DNA of 64,000 bases from NCBI GenBank assembly GCA_005799525.1, contig SYGN01000162.1, positions 866 through 64,865 on the forward strand. The letters are read 5' to 3'. The DNA comes from Opitutaceae bacterium. Its GTDB lineage: Bacteria; Verrucomicrobiota; Verrucomicrobiia; Opitutales; Opitutaceae. Both the position numbers and the translations under genes were made by a program. Below, piece by piece: positions 50,073 through 60,284 of this stretch. How positions within the stretch are numbered: the stretch's first letter is position 1; every line of letters begins with the position of its first letter. The notes under the pieces were generated by a model that was not told the origin of the DNA, did no database searches, and saw nothing but the letters and a program-made list of their open reading frames with translations.

Positions 50073-51113
50073 ATGCTCGACCTCACCCTCACACCCTCCA
50101 CCGACCCCACGTCCGTCTACCGCTACCGCGACGGCCTCTACGCGGCCGATCTTCTCACCGCCGCGATCACCGAGTTCGACTTCTTCACGTGGCTCGCCGC
50201 GCATCCCTCGGACCTCGCCACCCTCTGCCGCCACTTCGGCATCACCGAGCGCCCGACCGACGTCATGCTCACGCTCTTCGTCGCGAATAACTTCATCCGC
50301 CGCACCGACGCCTCCGCATCAGCGGTCTTCCACGTCAACACGATCGCCCGCGAATACCTCGTGAGCACCTCCCCGTTTTTTCTCGGCCCCTACTACGTCT
50401 CGACGAAAGAGCGGCCCGTGGTGAGAGACTTCATCACGATCCTCCGCACCGATAAACCCGCGAACTGGGCGAGCTACAAAAACGAAAAAACTTGGACCGA
50501 AGCGATGCTCACCGATGAGTTCGCGACCACGTTCACCGCCGCGATGGATTGCCGCGGTTTCACGCTCGGCCCCGCGCTCGCAAAAAAAATCCCCGCCGCC
50601 GGCCGCACGCGCCTCCTCGATATCGCCGGTGGCTCCGGCATCTACGCCTGCACGATTGCCGCGCATCATCCGCACCTCACAGCCACCGTCTTTGAACGCC
50701 CGCCCGTCGATGTCATCGCGCGTCGCATGATCGAAAAACGCGGCTACACCAACCGCGTCTCCGTCGTCGCCGGCGACATGTTCACCGACCCGCTCCCCCG
50801 CGACCACGACACCCACCTGTTTTCAAATGTCCTCCACGACTGGGACGTCGCCAAAGTCCGCCCGCTCCTCGCCGCCTCCTACGCTGCGCTCCCCCCCGGA
50901 GGCCTGCTCGTGATCCACGACGCTCACCTCAACGCCGACAAAACCGGCCCCCTCCCCGTCGCCGCCTACTCCGCACTCCTGATGAGCGTGACCGAGGGTA
51001 AATGCTACGCGACCGCCGAGATGGAAACCCTCCTCACGGAAGCTGGCTTCCAAGCCTTCACCTTCGCCGAAACCGCCGCCGACCGCAGCGTGATGACTGC
51101 GCTCAAACCGTAA
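50073..51113 (+). CDS. SAM-dependent O-methyltransferase (family 2 type)
   Basis: ATG at 50073 is preferred over TTG at 50040. It has the SAM motif LLDIAGGSGIYA, followed by VVAGDMF and FSNVLHDW, typical of Methyltransf_2. No signal peptide. Confidence 0.8.
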   Translation: MLDLTLTPSTDPTSVYRYRDGLYAADLLTAAITEFDFFTWLAAHPSDLATLCRHFGITERPTDVMLTLFVANNFIRRTDASASAVFHVNTIAREYLVSTSPFFLGPYYVSTKERPVVRDFITILRTDKPANWASYKNEKTWTEAMLTDEFATTFTAAMDCRGFTLGPALAKKIPAAGRTRLLDIAGGSGIYACTIAAHHPHLTATVFERPPVDVIARRMIEKRGYTNRVSVVAGDMFTDPLPRDHDTHLFSNVLHDWDVAKVRPLLAASYAALPPGGLLVIHDAHLNADKTGPLPVAAYSALLMSVTEGKCYATAEMETLLTEAGFQAFTFAETAADRSVMTALKP

Positions 51114-51348
51114 GCTCCGAGGTGGAGCGCGTGGCCCCCAATGCGCTGTTCTTTGCGGGCTATATCGCGATCCGCACCAAGTGCCGGGCGGTGACGATGA
51201 GCTCGAAGTGTCGCAGGCCGCGGCATGTGCCTCCCTCCAGAAATACAGCGAATACACCTGCCGTTTAACTCCTGCTCTCAACCCGCCGCCATCAACGGAT
51301 GGCGTGTTTCGGATCGGCATGGGTGGAACGTGGAAGGAAGAGCACCGT

Positions 51349-53079
51349 TCATCGGGAACCTGCGCGCTCGTGGCCCAAATACTCGTTCAATCGGGTAGCG
51401 ATGAGCGTCCTTCGGGCCGCTAAGAAGTCCTTGTAGCAGCCAACAGTGAGCAAGGATGGCACGATGGGAATGCATTGCATCTCCATGATCGCTGGTCCGT
51501 TCTTCTCGACCAAAGTCGGCAGATACTCCGCTGGTTGCTTATCGCTGATGCCGCGGTTGGTTTTGCCGCCTATGAAAGCGAGATTCGCAATGTCGTCCGC
51601 TTCCCGCGACGTGTAGGCGGTTTTGAGCACCGCCTTCGGAAACACATGGTGAAACTGAAGCCGATGCTGATTGCCGGCATGAGAGAGAGCGATCGATAGC
51701 TGCGACTTCCAGTCCTTCGCCCCGGCTGACCGAAAGGCGAGGAACATGGTCTTGAACAGGGCGCTGCGCTGGTTGCGGCCTTCCAACTCTTCCGAGGCGA
51801 TCTCGAGACGTCCGACCTGCTGCCGGAGTCGGTCAATCAATTCCTCCGCCCCGCCCTCCCGGAGAACGGCAAGATCTTGGTCGAGGATGGTCTCGCTCGA
51901 GCCGCGGGAGTAACGCCCTTTCGCATTGGCCAGAAGTGTCCAATACTTGAGTCGCACCGCTTCGTTAGGACTTAGCTGATAGTTTCTCCGGTGCCCGAAA
52001 ACCGACAACGTAACCAACAGGAAGGGCGAGGAAAGCAGCGCGGGGTTGTCGATGCCGGTGTTTGATTTAAGGAAGTTCAGCGCGAAGTGCATGCCGAGGC
52101 GGCAATCTTTCCAAGCCGACTGGAGCACTTCTGTCCTAAGATTGCCGACCGTCAGAAAACGCGACTGACCGGTCGCGAACGCGACGAGATTCTTGAGGTG
52201 GATGCCTAAATCCAGATCGAAGCCGTCCCTCGTGCATTGCTTCTGGAATTCTTGGAAGACGACTAATGATTTTTTCCACTTGGCCGTGATCTGCGCCAAG
52301 GCCAGGTCCGAGCTGCGGAGCTTTGCCCCCAGCGAATTCACCCGCACAAAGATTTCCGTGACCTCATCGTAGGCCAGCGTCCGCTCCAGCACGTCGATCC
52401 GGTAGCTATATTTTCGGATCGCGCGTAGTTTTGCCAGGCGCTGGGAATACTTCTCGTAACGGGGATCATCGAAACCGCTAATTCCGGCGCGCTTGAGGAA
52501 CGGAGTATCGCTGTCCGCCTTGAAGACGTCGGTTACCTTTACCCAATGGGTGAGCTGTTCGAGCTTCCTGGTGCTGACGACGAACGTCATCTTGTCGAAT
52601 CGCCGCTGGAGTTCGTCGTCGGGTGAATCTACATCGGCCTCATCGTCTGCCTCGTCCTCATTATCTTCCTCATCCTCTCCATCGCCGCCGTCTTCATCGA
52701 CCTCCGTCACAAACGGGAGCTTTTCCGGATGTTCCAAATTGAAGAGCAATTCAAGCGGTCGCTTCCGGCCGCGCACTTCCACCGGCACGCCGCGGATCAC
52801 GGCGGAAAGCGAGGTGAGACGTTGCTGACCGTCGAGTAATAATTGGGATGAACCGCCATGGCCGGCCTCCTGCGCCATGGCCATGTCCTGAAGCGGAACT
52901 CCCTCATCGGTTTACCACACCAGAATGGCGCCCGAGGGGTAGCCACGGTAAAGCGAATCCATCAGGTCGCGAACCCGGGGCGAACGCCACACGTAACGCC
53001 GCTGCATCTCGGGCAAGCGGAGTTTGCCGCGTTCGATCATACTGACGAGTTCTTCAACGGTTGCTTCGGTTTTGGCCAT
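51349..53079 (-). pseudogene. DUF262/DUF1524 (GmrSD-like type IV restriction family) gene interrupted by one in-frame TAA
   Basis: The reading frame from ATG 53079 gives MAKTEATVEELVSMIERGKLRLPEMQRRYVWRSPRVRDLMDSLYRGYPSGAILVW, then TAA (52912-52914). It continues in the same frame through DGQQRLTSL (DUF262) to a C-terminal His-Me/DUF1524-type block (HHVFPKAVL ... NLAFIGGKTNRGISDK). An acidic insert reads DEDGGDGEDEEDNEDEADDEAD. GC is about 50-55%. Confidence 0.75.
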
Positions 53080-53091
53080 GGGCTTTGGAAA

Positions 53092-54207
53092 TTAAGTCGT
53101 GTCTTCGGCGAGGGCTCTGAACTCACCGAGGAAGATCTCGATCTGCTGCAGGACTCCGACGGTAAAGGACATTGGGATCAGTAGCGAGTAGTAAGCAAAT
53201 CGGGGGTGGGTGGTCTGTCCCAGCCAATCACGGCCCTTTGCGGTCGGTCGGTATTTTTGGAGGCGGCTGTTGGGTTTATCGGGAACTGTCGGCTCGATGA
53301 TAACTTCGGTCAGCGTAGGCGTGACATAGTGTTCTCGGAGATGCGTGCGATCCCGAAGATTCAGTTGGATGCGAATCGCCGCATTCCCCAATTCCCCGGC
53401 CCGTTCGAGCAGGCGTGCGAGAACTTCCACTGGTGGGGTGACTGGTGTCGTGAGTGGTGCCGTGACTTGTTCGGCGGCAGCTACTGCTTTCAAATACGCC
53501 GGCGCGTAGCGGAATTCGATGGTCAGACCGGTGCCATCGAACGTGAGCGCAGGCCGAGGTATGCCCGCTTCCTTGCACGCCGAAAAGATACGCTGGATGC
53601 CGCGACCCCACGTCTCGATCTCGCCGGAGCGGAAGAACACGTTGGCCACGGTGGGATTGAAGGGCGTGGAGGCGTGCGCTCCGACGAGGTTCTTCACGGT
53701 CCAGCCCTCCGGGAGCACGCAGGGATTCCAGATTTTCAGTCGGTTTTCATAGACGCGGATTTGCACCGGCGCGCCCACGGCGTAGTCGCGATGCACGAGG
53801 GCATTGAGGACAGCTTCGCGCAGCGCGGCGTCGGGCACCGGGTAGCGCTCGATCCGCTGGATGCCTTGGTGGGAGATGGCGGCTTTGAGATACTTGGTCC
53901 GCACGAGATCGATGGTCCGGGCGGCTTGGGTGAAGAGGTCGCCATGGATGGTGTCGTGGTAGGCGAGATCGGATTCCGAGCGAAAGAAACCGATTTTAAC
54001 AAAGGCCCCGGTGACGAAGCGCTCGGGGTCCTCGTGGAAGAGGAGCACGGCGGCGCGCTTGGGGTAGGCACCCTCGGTGAGCTGCAGTTTTTCGACGAGC
54101 GCGATTTTGGACGCACGCAGGTCCGCCGGATCGAGGCGTCCGCCGGTGCGGGCCAGCTCGCGAAACTGGCGAATGGCGGACGCGGAGAGATCTGCGAGTC
54201 CGGGGCG
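53092..54207 (-). pseudogene. AlbA_2/HATPase_c_4 'ATP-binding, RecG-like' protein lacking its N-terminal AlbA_2 (Schlafen-type) domain
   Basis: The frame is open only from 54207. It contains HATPase_c_4-type blocks (NALVHRDYAVGAPVQIRVYENRLKIWNP, ETWGRGIQRI) and a C-terminal winged-helix block (PDKPNSRLQKYRPTAKG). There is no start codon or AlbA_2 domain upstream, only non-coding-looking sequence. The stop lies 12 nt from the DUF262 start. Confidence 0.6.
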
Positions 54208-54483
54208 TCACAAGTGAGTTCAAACGCCCCAGACTCTGCAAGGAGTGTGAATGCGGCGATAGCTCACTCACACCCGTGTCTCCAGAACCGCTGCCGTAAA
54301 GCCACCGGCGGCAACTCCCCGCCAGCCGCTGCACGATCACGAGATTGTCCTTCGCCACATCCTTCTACTCTCTCGGTGAATTTCAAGAGCTCCACGACAA
54401 ACGCACCCAGCCTCGTCAGCGAAACGCGAACATTCAACGCGAACGTCCATCGGCCTGGCTCTTCCCGACTCGCGGGCCTTCGG

Positions 54484-56607
54484 CTACCGCCGCCGCGATG
54501 CCTGCTGCCGGAGGCGCTCGGCTTCGTCGTAGTGTTCGGCCGCCTCCAGATTTTTTCCGAGCGAGCGGAGAATTTGCGCCAGGTTGCCGTGGGCGTCGGC
54601 AAATTCGGGGCGGAGCCGGATTGCGTGCCGAAACGCCACCACGGCCTCCGGGAGTTTGCCGAGGGTGGCGAGGGCCACGCCGACGTTGCCGTGGAGATCC
54701 GCATCGGCGGGTGCGAGGCTCAGGGCAGTCTGCAGGTGCGGGAGCGCCTCGTCCCAGCGGCCTGCCTGCGCGAGCGCGTTACCCAGGATGGCGTGCGCGG
54801 CGGGCATCGCGGGCTCAAGGCGCGCGACCTCCGCGAACTGCACGATCGCCTCCGTCAACCGGCCGCTGCGGGTGAGTACGGTGCCGAGGTCGCGGTAAAA
54901 TTTAACCGAGTTCGGCACCAGGCGGATCGCCTCCTCGAAACGCGCAATGGCCTCCGGGAGCCGGCCGCGGCCGACGAGTTCGCAGCCCAGATTATCGAGC
55001 GCCTCGGCGTGGTCGGGTTTGAATTTCAGCGCCTGCTCGTAGTGTGAGATCGCCTCGTCGGCGCGCCCGACGCGGCTCAGGGCGTTGCCGAGGTTATTAT
55101 GCACCTCGGCGTAGCCGGGTTTGAGCTGCAGTGCGCGCTCGAGAATGGGGATCGCCGCCTGCGGCTGGCCAATCATGACGAGCGCGCAGCCGAGGTCGTT
55201 GTGCACCGGAGGATCGTCCGGGCGCAGCTGCAGGCCGCGGCGAAACGCGAGGATCGCTTCGTGCTGGCGCCCTTGCTGCGCGAGCGTGTCGCCGAGATTC
55301 GCCCACGCCATGAAGGCGTCGGGATTGCGCGCGAGCGTGGTGCGCCAGAGGGCTTCTTTGTTGAGATACTGCCCGCTCTCTCGCCACGTCATCACCCCCA
55401 GCACCACGAGCACCCCCACCGGCACGATGCCCCTCGGATTGTAGGCCCACCCGCCGGCCGGGCTCATGCGCTCCAACCCGACCGTCAATCCCGCCCCCGC
55501 CAAGGCCAACGGCCCCATGCTTGCGAGGTATTGAAAATGATCGCCCACGAAAGAATACCGGAAAAAGAAGACGCTGAAGAATCCGAGCACCGGAAAGAGC
55601 AGCGCGCCGAAATAAATCGCCGCGATAAACACCGGGCGCAGCGCGCTGGCGCGCCACCACCACAGCCCCCCCACCACCGCGAGCATCGCGACGAGCGGCG
55701 CAAATGCGAGCGGCTGCGCGGTGTCGATCTGCCAGCGCGGGTAGATAAAAATCAGGTCGGCCGGCCAAGCGAGTTTGCCCAAGTAAAACCAGACCACCCG
55801 GCCCGCGATGGCGAAACGCTCCGGCCACGTCTGCGCCCACTCAGCTCCCGCCGCGCCGGAATTAACCCGCTGCTCCCAAATCGTCCACGCCGCCGCCACG
55901 GCCGAAAACACGAAGAAGGGCACCAGCGCCCCGAGATCGCGCCACGTAAGTCGGCCGTGCTGCCACCAGACGCACAGCGCGAGCACCACCGGGAGCATCA
56001 CCGTCGAGGGTTTGCTCAAGATCGCGAGGAGTGCACAGACCAACGCCAACGCGTAGCTGCGAGCGTGAGCGAGTGGGGGCCGGTCCACTCGCTCACGCTC
56101 GCCGCTACCAGAATTCAGCCACCGCACGTAGCACCCGATGGCCGCGAGAAAAAACACCGCCGACTGCGTGTTCTTCAATTCGCAGATCCATGCCACCGAC
56201 TCGACCTGCACAGGATGCAGTGCCCAGAGTGCCGCCCCGAACCACGCACCGGGCACGCGCAGTTGCACCAGCACCCGCCAGAGCAGGAGCGCCGCGAGCG
56301 CGTGGCACGCGAGCGTCACGAGGTGGTAGCCGAGGGGATTCAGCCCCCACAGCGCGTGCTGCACCCAGAAATTCGTCAGCACGAGCGGAAAGTAATTCGC
56401 GCGCGCCGTCGTCCAGATTTCCGTCAACCCCAGCGGCCCGATGATCGTGGGATTGGCGGTAATGTGCAGATCGTCGTCCCACAAAAACTCGCCGCGCAGC
56501 GACGCCGCGTAGGCGGCGAGAATCGCGACCACGAGAAACGCGCCGAGTGCTACGGCACGCACCGCACCGGAGCGAGCCTGCGGAGCGGCAATTGACGACA
56601 TAGCCAT
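54484..56607 (-). CDS. Membrane protein with TMTC/PMT_2-like N-terminal domain and C-terminal TPR repeats
   Basis: 707 aa. About 10 TM helices include the YFPLVLTNFWVQHALWGLNPLGYHL block. At least seven TPR units follow (repeating A..NLG.AL...GR..EAI..F..AL.L.P). Confidence 0.75.
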   Translation of the reverse strand: MAMSSIAAPQARSGAVRAVALGAFLVVAILAAYAASLRGEFLWDDDLHITANPTIIGPLGLTEIWTTARANYFPLVLTNFWVQHALWGLNPLGYHLVTLACHALAALLLWRVLVQLRVPGAWFGAALWALHPVQVESVAWICELKNTQSAVFFLAAIGCYVRWLNSGSGERERVDRPPLAHARSYALALVCALLAILSKPSTVMLPVVLALCVWWQHGRLTWRDLGALVPFFVFSAVAAAWTIWEQRVNSGAAGAEWAQTWPERFAIAGRVVWFYLGKLAWPADLIFIYPRWQIDTAQPLAFAPLVAMLAVVGGLWWWRASALRPVFIAAIYFGALLFPVLGFFSVFFFRYSFVGDHFQYLASMGPLALAGAGLTVGLERMSPAGGWAYNPRGIVPVGVLVVLGVMTWRESGQYLNKEALWRTTLARNPDAFMAWANLGDTLAQQGRQHEAILAFRRGLQLRPDDPPVHNDLGCALVMIGQPQAAIPILERALQLKPGYAEVHNNLGNALSRVGRADEAISHYEQALKFKPDHAEALDNLGCELVGRGRLPEAIARFEEAIRLVPNSVKFYRDLGTVLTRSGRLTEAIVQFAEVARLEPAMPAAHAILGNALAQAGRWDEALPHLQTALSLAPADADLHGNVGVALATLGKLPEAVVAFRHAIRLRPEFADAHGNLAQILRSLGKNLEAAEHYDEAERLRQQASRRR

Positions 56608-56689
56608 GGGTCACGAGTGGAGCGCACCGACAAAAAATCGCCAGCCGGAAGGCTGACGCTCGCTCTGCAAGCAGCGCACCGCGCGGAAC

Positions 56690-59600
56690 TCAGAACTGGC
56701 CGCGTAGGCCAAAAACCCAGTTGCCGCCGTATTCCTGCATTTGCCGCAAATAGCGACTTTCACCCTCTGCATAACCCGTCGGTGACTCATACCAGAGGAC
56801 AGGCATGCCGGTGAGATTGCGAATTTGCACGTAGGCTGTCAGGCTGCGGTTCAATTTCCAATTGAGCGAAACGTCGAACTGCGTGATCTCGCCGACCGTG
56901 CGACCATAGGTGCCGCCATCCGGATGTTCCGGGCGCCAGACCATGCCGACGGAGCTGCTGAACTTCTTGTAGGAATAGCCGAGGCGCGAGGAGACGCGGT
57001 GGGGTGCGAGACCGCCGCGGCGCGCGTTGGCATACGTGCGGGTGTAGGCAACATTGCAGCTGATCCCGCGGAGCATTTCGTGCCGCAAAAAGCCGAGCGT
57101 CTGATTGTAGGACAGCTCCATGTTCCGAAATTTCCGCAGCTGGGAGTTATTGCGCGTGGCGCGGAACGTGTAGGCCGCGAAATCAGGATCATCCACGCCG
57201 AACTCATCGGCGGAGTAGTCGAACGTTTCGCGCAAGTTCGTGATCTCATTTTGCGAGAGGTCCAAACTGAGCTGGCCGGGCGAGCGGCCGCTGAAGTAGT
57301 ACGCCAGCCGGGCCTGATACTTCGTGGTCTTCTCGGGTTGCAGCTCCGGATTCGGAGCGGCCACCCGCGAGTTTACTTCGTCGACGACCCACAGGCCGGT
57401 GAGGTTGTCGATCGGCGGACGGGAGACACCTTTGTTGAAGCCCGCGTGGAATTCAAAATTTCGAAGGATATTGTATTTGGCCGAGAACGACGGAAACAGG
57501 TTCTGGTATTGCGACGTGCGCGTGACGCGCGGCTGGCTCTCGAACTGATACCGAAGGCCGGCCAAGGTCTGGGCGCGACCACCACTCGTGCCCGGGGCGT
57601 AGACCGGATAGCCGGCCGCGAGCACCTGGGCGCGGAGCAGCGGGTCCCATTCGCGCACCGCATTTTCGGTATCCTCCAAACGCGCACCAAAGCGAATTTG
57701 CAACTGCGAGGTCGGCCGGAGATCGAACTGCGCGTAGCCGGACTTGATAGTCTGGCGGAAAAGGCGCGGCGCAGCATAGACGTCGGTGTAGTAGTTTTCC
57801 GGCGTGGCCGTGTTGCTGAATTGCTCGGGATGAGCCCGGAACAGGTCGGCCACGGCGTAGCGATTCACGCGCGGCGGCATCCCTTGCACGCCATTCACAT
57901 TATAGACGGTCAACGCGTTGGTCGTGCCCAGATCAAAGGCGTGGGGCGAGATGAACTGGGGGCCTACATTGGCCCAATTGCCCGTGGTGGCATTTTCGAG
58001 CGCGCCCGTCGTGGCATTGGTCCGGATCGTGTTGCCGAAGGGTCCGGTGTAGGACCAGACCTCGGTATTGCCGTAACCGCGGTGATCGCGGTTTTCCTCG
58101 TTCCACTTGCCGCCGAATTTGAGCGCGACGGGAAATTTCCGAAACGGCACGACCCACTTGGCGTTCAACTGGCCCGTCCAGATTTCGGTCGCCCAAATAT
58201 TACTGCTGCTGTTGGCGCGGGTGCCGCCGTCGCGGACCGCCGTATTGGTGAAATTGCGCAGGTCATGCCAGTCGGATCCGGCCGTCTGCCGGATCGTCCA
58301 TTCCCACGACTCGGCATGGGGTCGCGTGGCCGTGAAACTGCTCGCCACGCCGCCACCCTCCGAGCTCGAGAATCCGCGCTCCAAGGCCTCATAATTATTC
58401 AACGAACGCGAGTAGCCGGCCGCGCCATCGACGACCCAGGTGGCGAGCTTGTATTCAAAGCGCGGGGAAAACGTGCGGGTGTAGGTGAGCTTGGAGGCGG
58501 AGCCGCCGCCGTTGTTGAGCGCGGCGGCGTTGGCCGTGCCTTCGCGGCGGGCGACGATCGTAATCAGGCCGTCCCCGCCGACCGAATTGCGACCATTGTT
58601 GACGTTGGCATTGTCGTTGGCGGCGACGAAGGTGAAATTGCGGTTCCAAAATTCGCCCTCGGTGTAGGTGTAGATGGCGTTGAGCGAGAGCACGAGATTG
58701 CGCGTCGCCTTGAAATCGGCGGTCAGCAGCATGGAATCTTTTAGAATGAACTTCGGCCCATCCTTGAAATCGATCTGGCGGCCTACCAGCGGCCGGCTGT
58801 CGTTGGCATTGGGCGCGCGGTTATAGCCGACGTTCACGAGGTATTGCTCGGTGTAAGACGAGGCGTGGCTGGTGCTGAGCAAAAGGCCGAGGCGCTGGTT
58901 GAAGAACGATTCGGCGTAGTTGGCCTCGTAGTTGTGCTTGAACTTATTTTCCAGCTTGTCGGTCGGCCCCATGGTCTTACGGAGGGTAAACTCTTCGTCG
59001 TTAAAATTGACGCTGGTGTTAAACCCATAAGAGCGCCCCTTGCGGTCAAAAGCGCGTTTGGTCTTCATGTTGATCGTGCCAGCCGGGGAGTCGGCGTCCG
59101 ATTCAGGACTCGTGGTCCGGCTGACCTCGATGGACTCGATGGCCGTGATCGAAAACCCTTCGAAGCTCGTCGCGCGCGAGGCATCGCCGCCACCCCGGTT
59201 CGCGTCGGCACTGGCCGTGCGGATACCGTCGAAGGAGACGCCAACATATTGAGAATCCATCCCGCCGAGACGCGGTCCGCGGGCTTCGGACTCGACGTAA
59301 TCAATATCGACGCCGGGCAGGTATTTGAGAAATTCACCGACGTTGCCATCAGTCACGTAGCCAAAAATGTCGGACGAAACCGAGGTCGAGATGTTCATGT
59401 TTCGCCGCTGGTCCATGATCGCCTTAGAATTACCTTCGCGTTCGGACGACACCGAGAATGCGGCCATTTGCAAAACTTCCCCGTTTTTCGCCCCCCCCGT
59501 GACCGGCGCGGCGGAGGCGCTGATCAAATTAACTTCGCGGACAGAAGGCTGCCCAGCCGTGACCGTGAAGGACTCGTTCAAGGTGATATAACCCGTGTAG

Positions 59601-59863
59601 GTAACCGTGATCGCAGAGGCTCCGGCGGCGACGCCCGCGAACTGAAACGAGCCATCATTCTCGGAGTAGGTCACTTGGTTGGTACCATCGAGACGGACCT
59701 CGGCGTTGCGGACATATTCCTTGGAGACGGGATTGTAGATCCGGCCCTGGATCGAGCCGGTAGGGGCGGGCTGGGCAGACAGCGTGGCCGCTAAAATTAA
59801 GGTCCACACAACCGCGCCAAAGGCGATGCTGCGACGGAGCAATGAGGGGAGGAGCAAGTTCAT
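56690..59863 (-). CDS. TonB-dependent receptor with CarboxypepD_reg domain (intact paralog of the 5912-9040 pseudogene)
   Basis: 1057 aa: signal peptide, IQGRIYNP regulatory-like domain, plug (SSEREGNSKAIMDQRRNMNISTS) and a beta-barrel with terminal ...GLRGQF. Confidence 0.9.
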   Translation of the reverse strand: MNLLLPSLLRRSIAFGAVVWTLILAATLSAQPAPTGSIQGRIYNPVSKEYVRNAEVRLDGTNQVTYSENDGSFQFAGVAAGASAITVTYTGYITLNESFTVTAGQPSVREVNLISASAAPVTGGAKNGEVLQMAAFSVSSEREGNSKAIMDQRRNMNISTSVSSDIFGYVTDGNVGEFLKYLPGVDIDYVESEARGPRLGGMDSQYVGVSFDGIRTASADANRGGGDASRATSFEGFSITAIESIEVSRTTSPESDADSPAGTINMKTKRAFDRKGRSYGFNTSVNFNDEEFTLRKTMGPTDKLENKFKHNYEANYAESFFNQRLGLLLSTSHASSYTEQYLVNVGYNRAPNANDSRPLVGRQIDFKDGPKFILKDSMLLTADFKATRNLVLSLNAIYTYTEGEFWNRNFTFVAANDNANVNNGRNSVGGDGLITIVARREGTANAAALNNGGGSASKLTYTRTFSPRFEYKLATWVVDGAAGYSRSLNNYEALERGFSSSEGGGVASSFTATRPHAESWEWTIRQTAGSDWHDLRNFTNTAVRDGGTRANSSSNIWATEIWTGQLNAKWVVPFRKFPVALKFGGKWNEENRDHRGYGNTEVWSYTGPFGNTIRTNATTGALENATTGNWANVGPQFISPHAFDLGTTNALTVYNVNGVQGMPPRVNRYAVADLFRAHPEQFSNTATPENYYTDVYAAPRLFRQTIKSGYAQFDLRPTSQLQIRFGARLEDTENAVREWDPLLRAQVLAAGYPVYAPGTSGGRAQTLAGLRYQFESQPRVTRTSQYQNLFPSFSAKYNILRNFEFHAGFNKGVSRPPIDNLTGLWVVDEVNSRVAAPNPELQPEKTTKYQARLAYYFSGRSPGQLSLDLSQNEITNLRETFDYSADEFGVDDPDFAAYTFRATRNNSQLRKFRNMELSYNQTLGFLRHEMLRGISCNVAYTRTYANARRGGLAPHRVSSRLGYSYKKFSSSVGMVWRPEHPDGGTYGRTVGEITQFDVSLNWKLNRSLTAYVQIRNLTGMPVLWYESPTGYAEGESRYLRQMQEYGGNWVFGLRGQF

Positions 59864-60284
59864 GGTTAGGATGAATCGGGTTCGGCGGGAGGCTGACGGT
59901 TACAGCGCAAGATTCCGCGCAATCCGAAATAAATCGCTGCCAGTCGCAAGCCCGCGCTGGGTCATGCCGCGCCGGGATCGCAGAAAAAAGCGCCAACCCT
60001 CGGGCCAGCGCTGAAATCTAATCCCTCATTTCGCCCCGACTCAGAGCTGGCTGCGGATGCCCAAGGTGCTTTTCCCGCGCCTTTTGTCGCGCCCACTCCC
60101 CCGCGGTCCGTCGCGGACCCTGATTCCCCACGCCACCAAAATCATCCCTGCCCGTCCTCCTCAAATTTCCTAACTCAAAAAATCTTCCTGCCAAAAAATT
60201 TGGACGTTTTCCCCGTAGCCGACCCAAATCACCCTTGCCTCGTCTCGCCGCCCCTTCGACCTTCCGCACCCCCGCTCTCCCACC

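Noticed and set aside
8942-52914. Stop-codon reassignment (TAA/TAG read as Gln) to explain in-frame stops at 8942, 41453 and 52912
   Set aside because: TAA and TAG clearly terminate well-supported genes here (rng, hipB, hipA, CE15 and others). Two of the three affected genes also carry frameshifts, so pseudogenisation is the simpler explanation.
53206-58744. Long plus-strand ORFs 53206-55047, 55099-56595 and 56825-58744
   Set aside because: They are antisense to the AlbA_2-like, TPR membrane protein and TonB receptor genes. They are Arg/Gly/His-rich with no domain signatures.
59864-60284. Cobalamin or other riboswitch in leaders of the TonB-dependent receptors (also 26135-26230)
   Set aside because: I could not find a B12-box-like GCCACTG core or other conserved riboswitch motifs, and the 26135-26230 leader is too short. 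A covariance-model scan would be needed to be certain.
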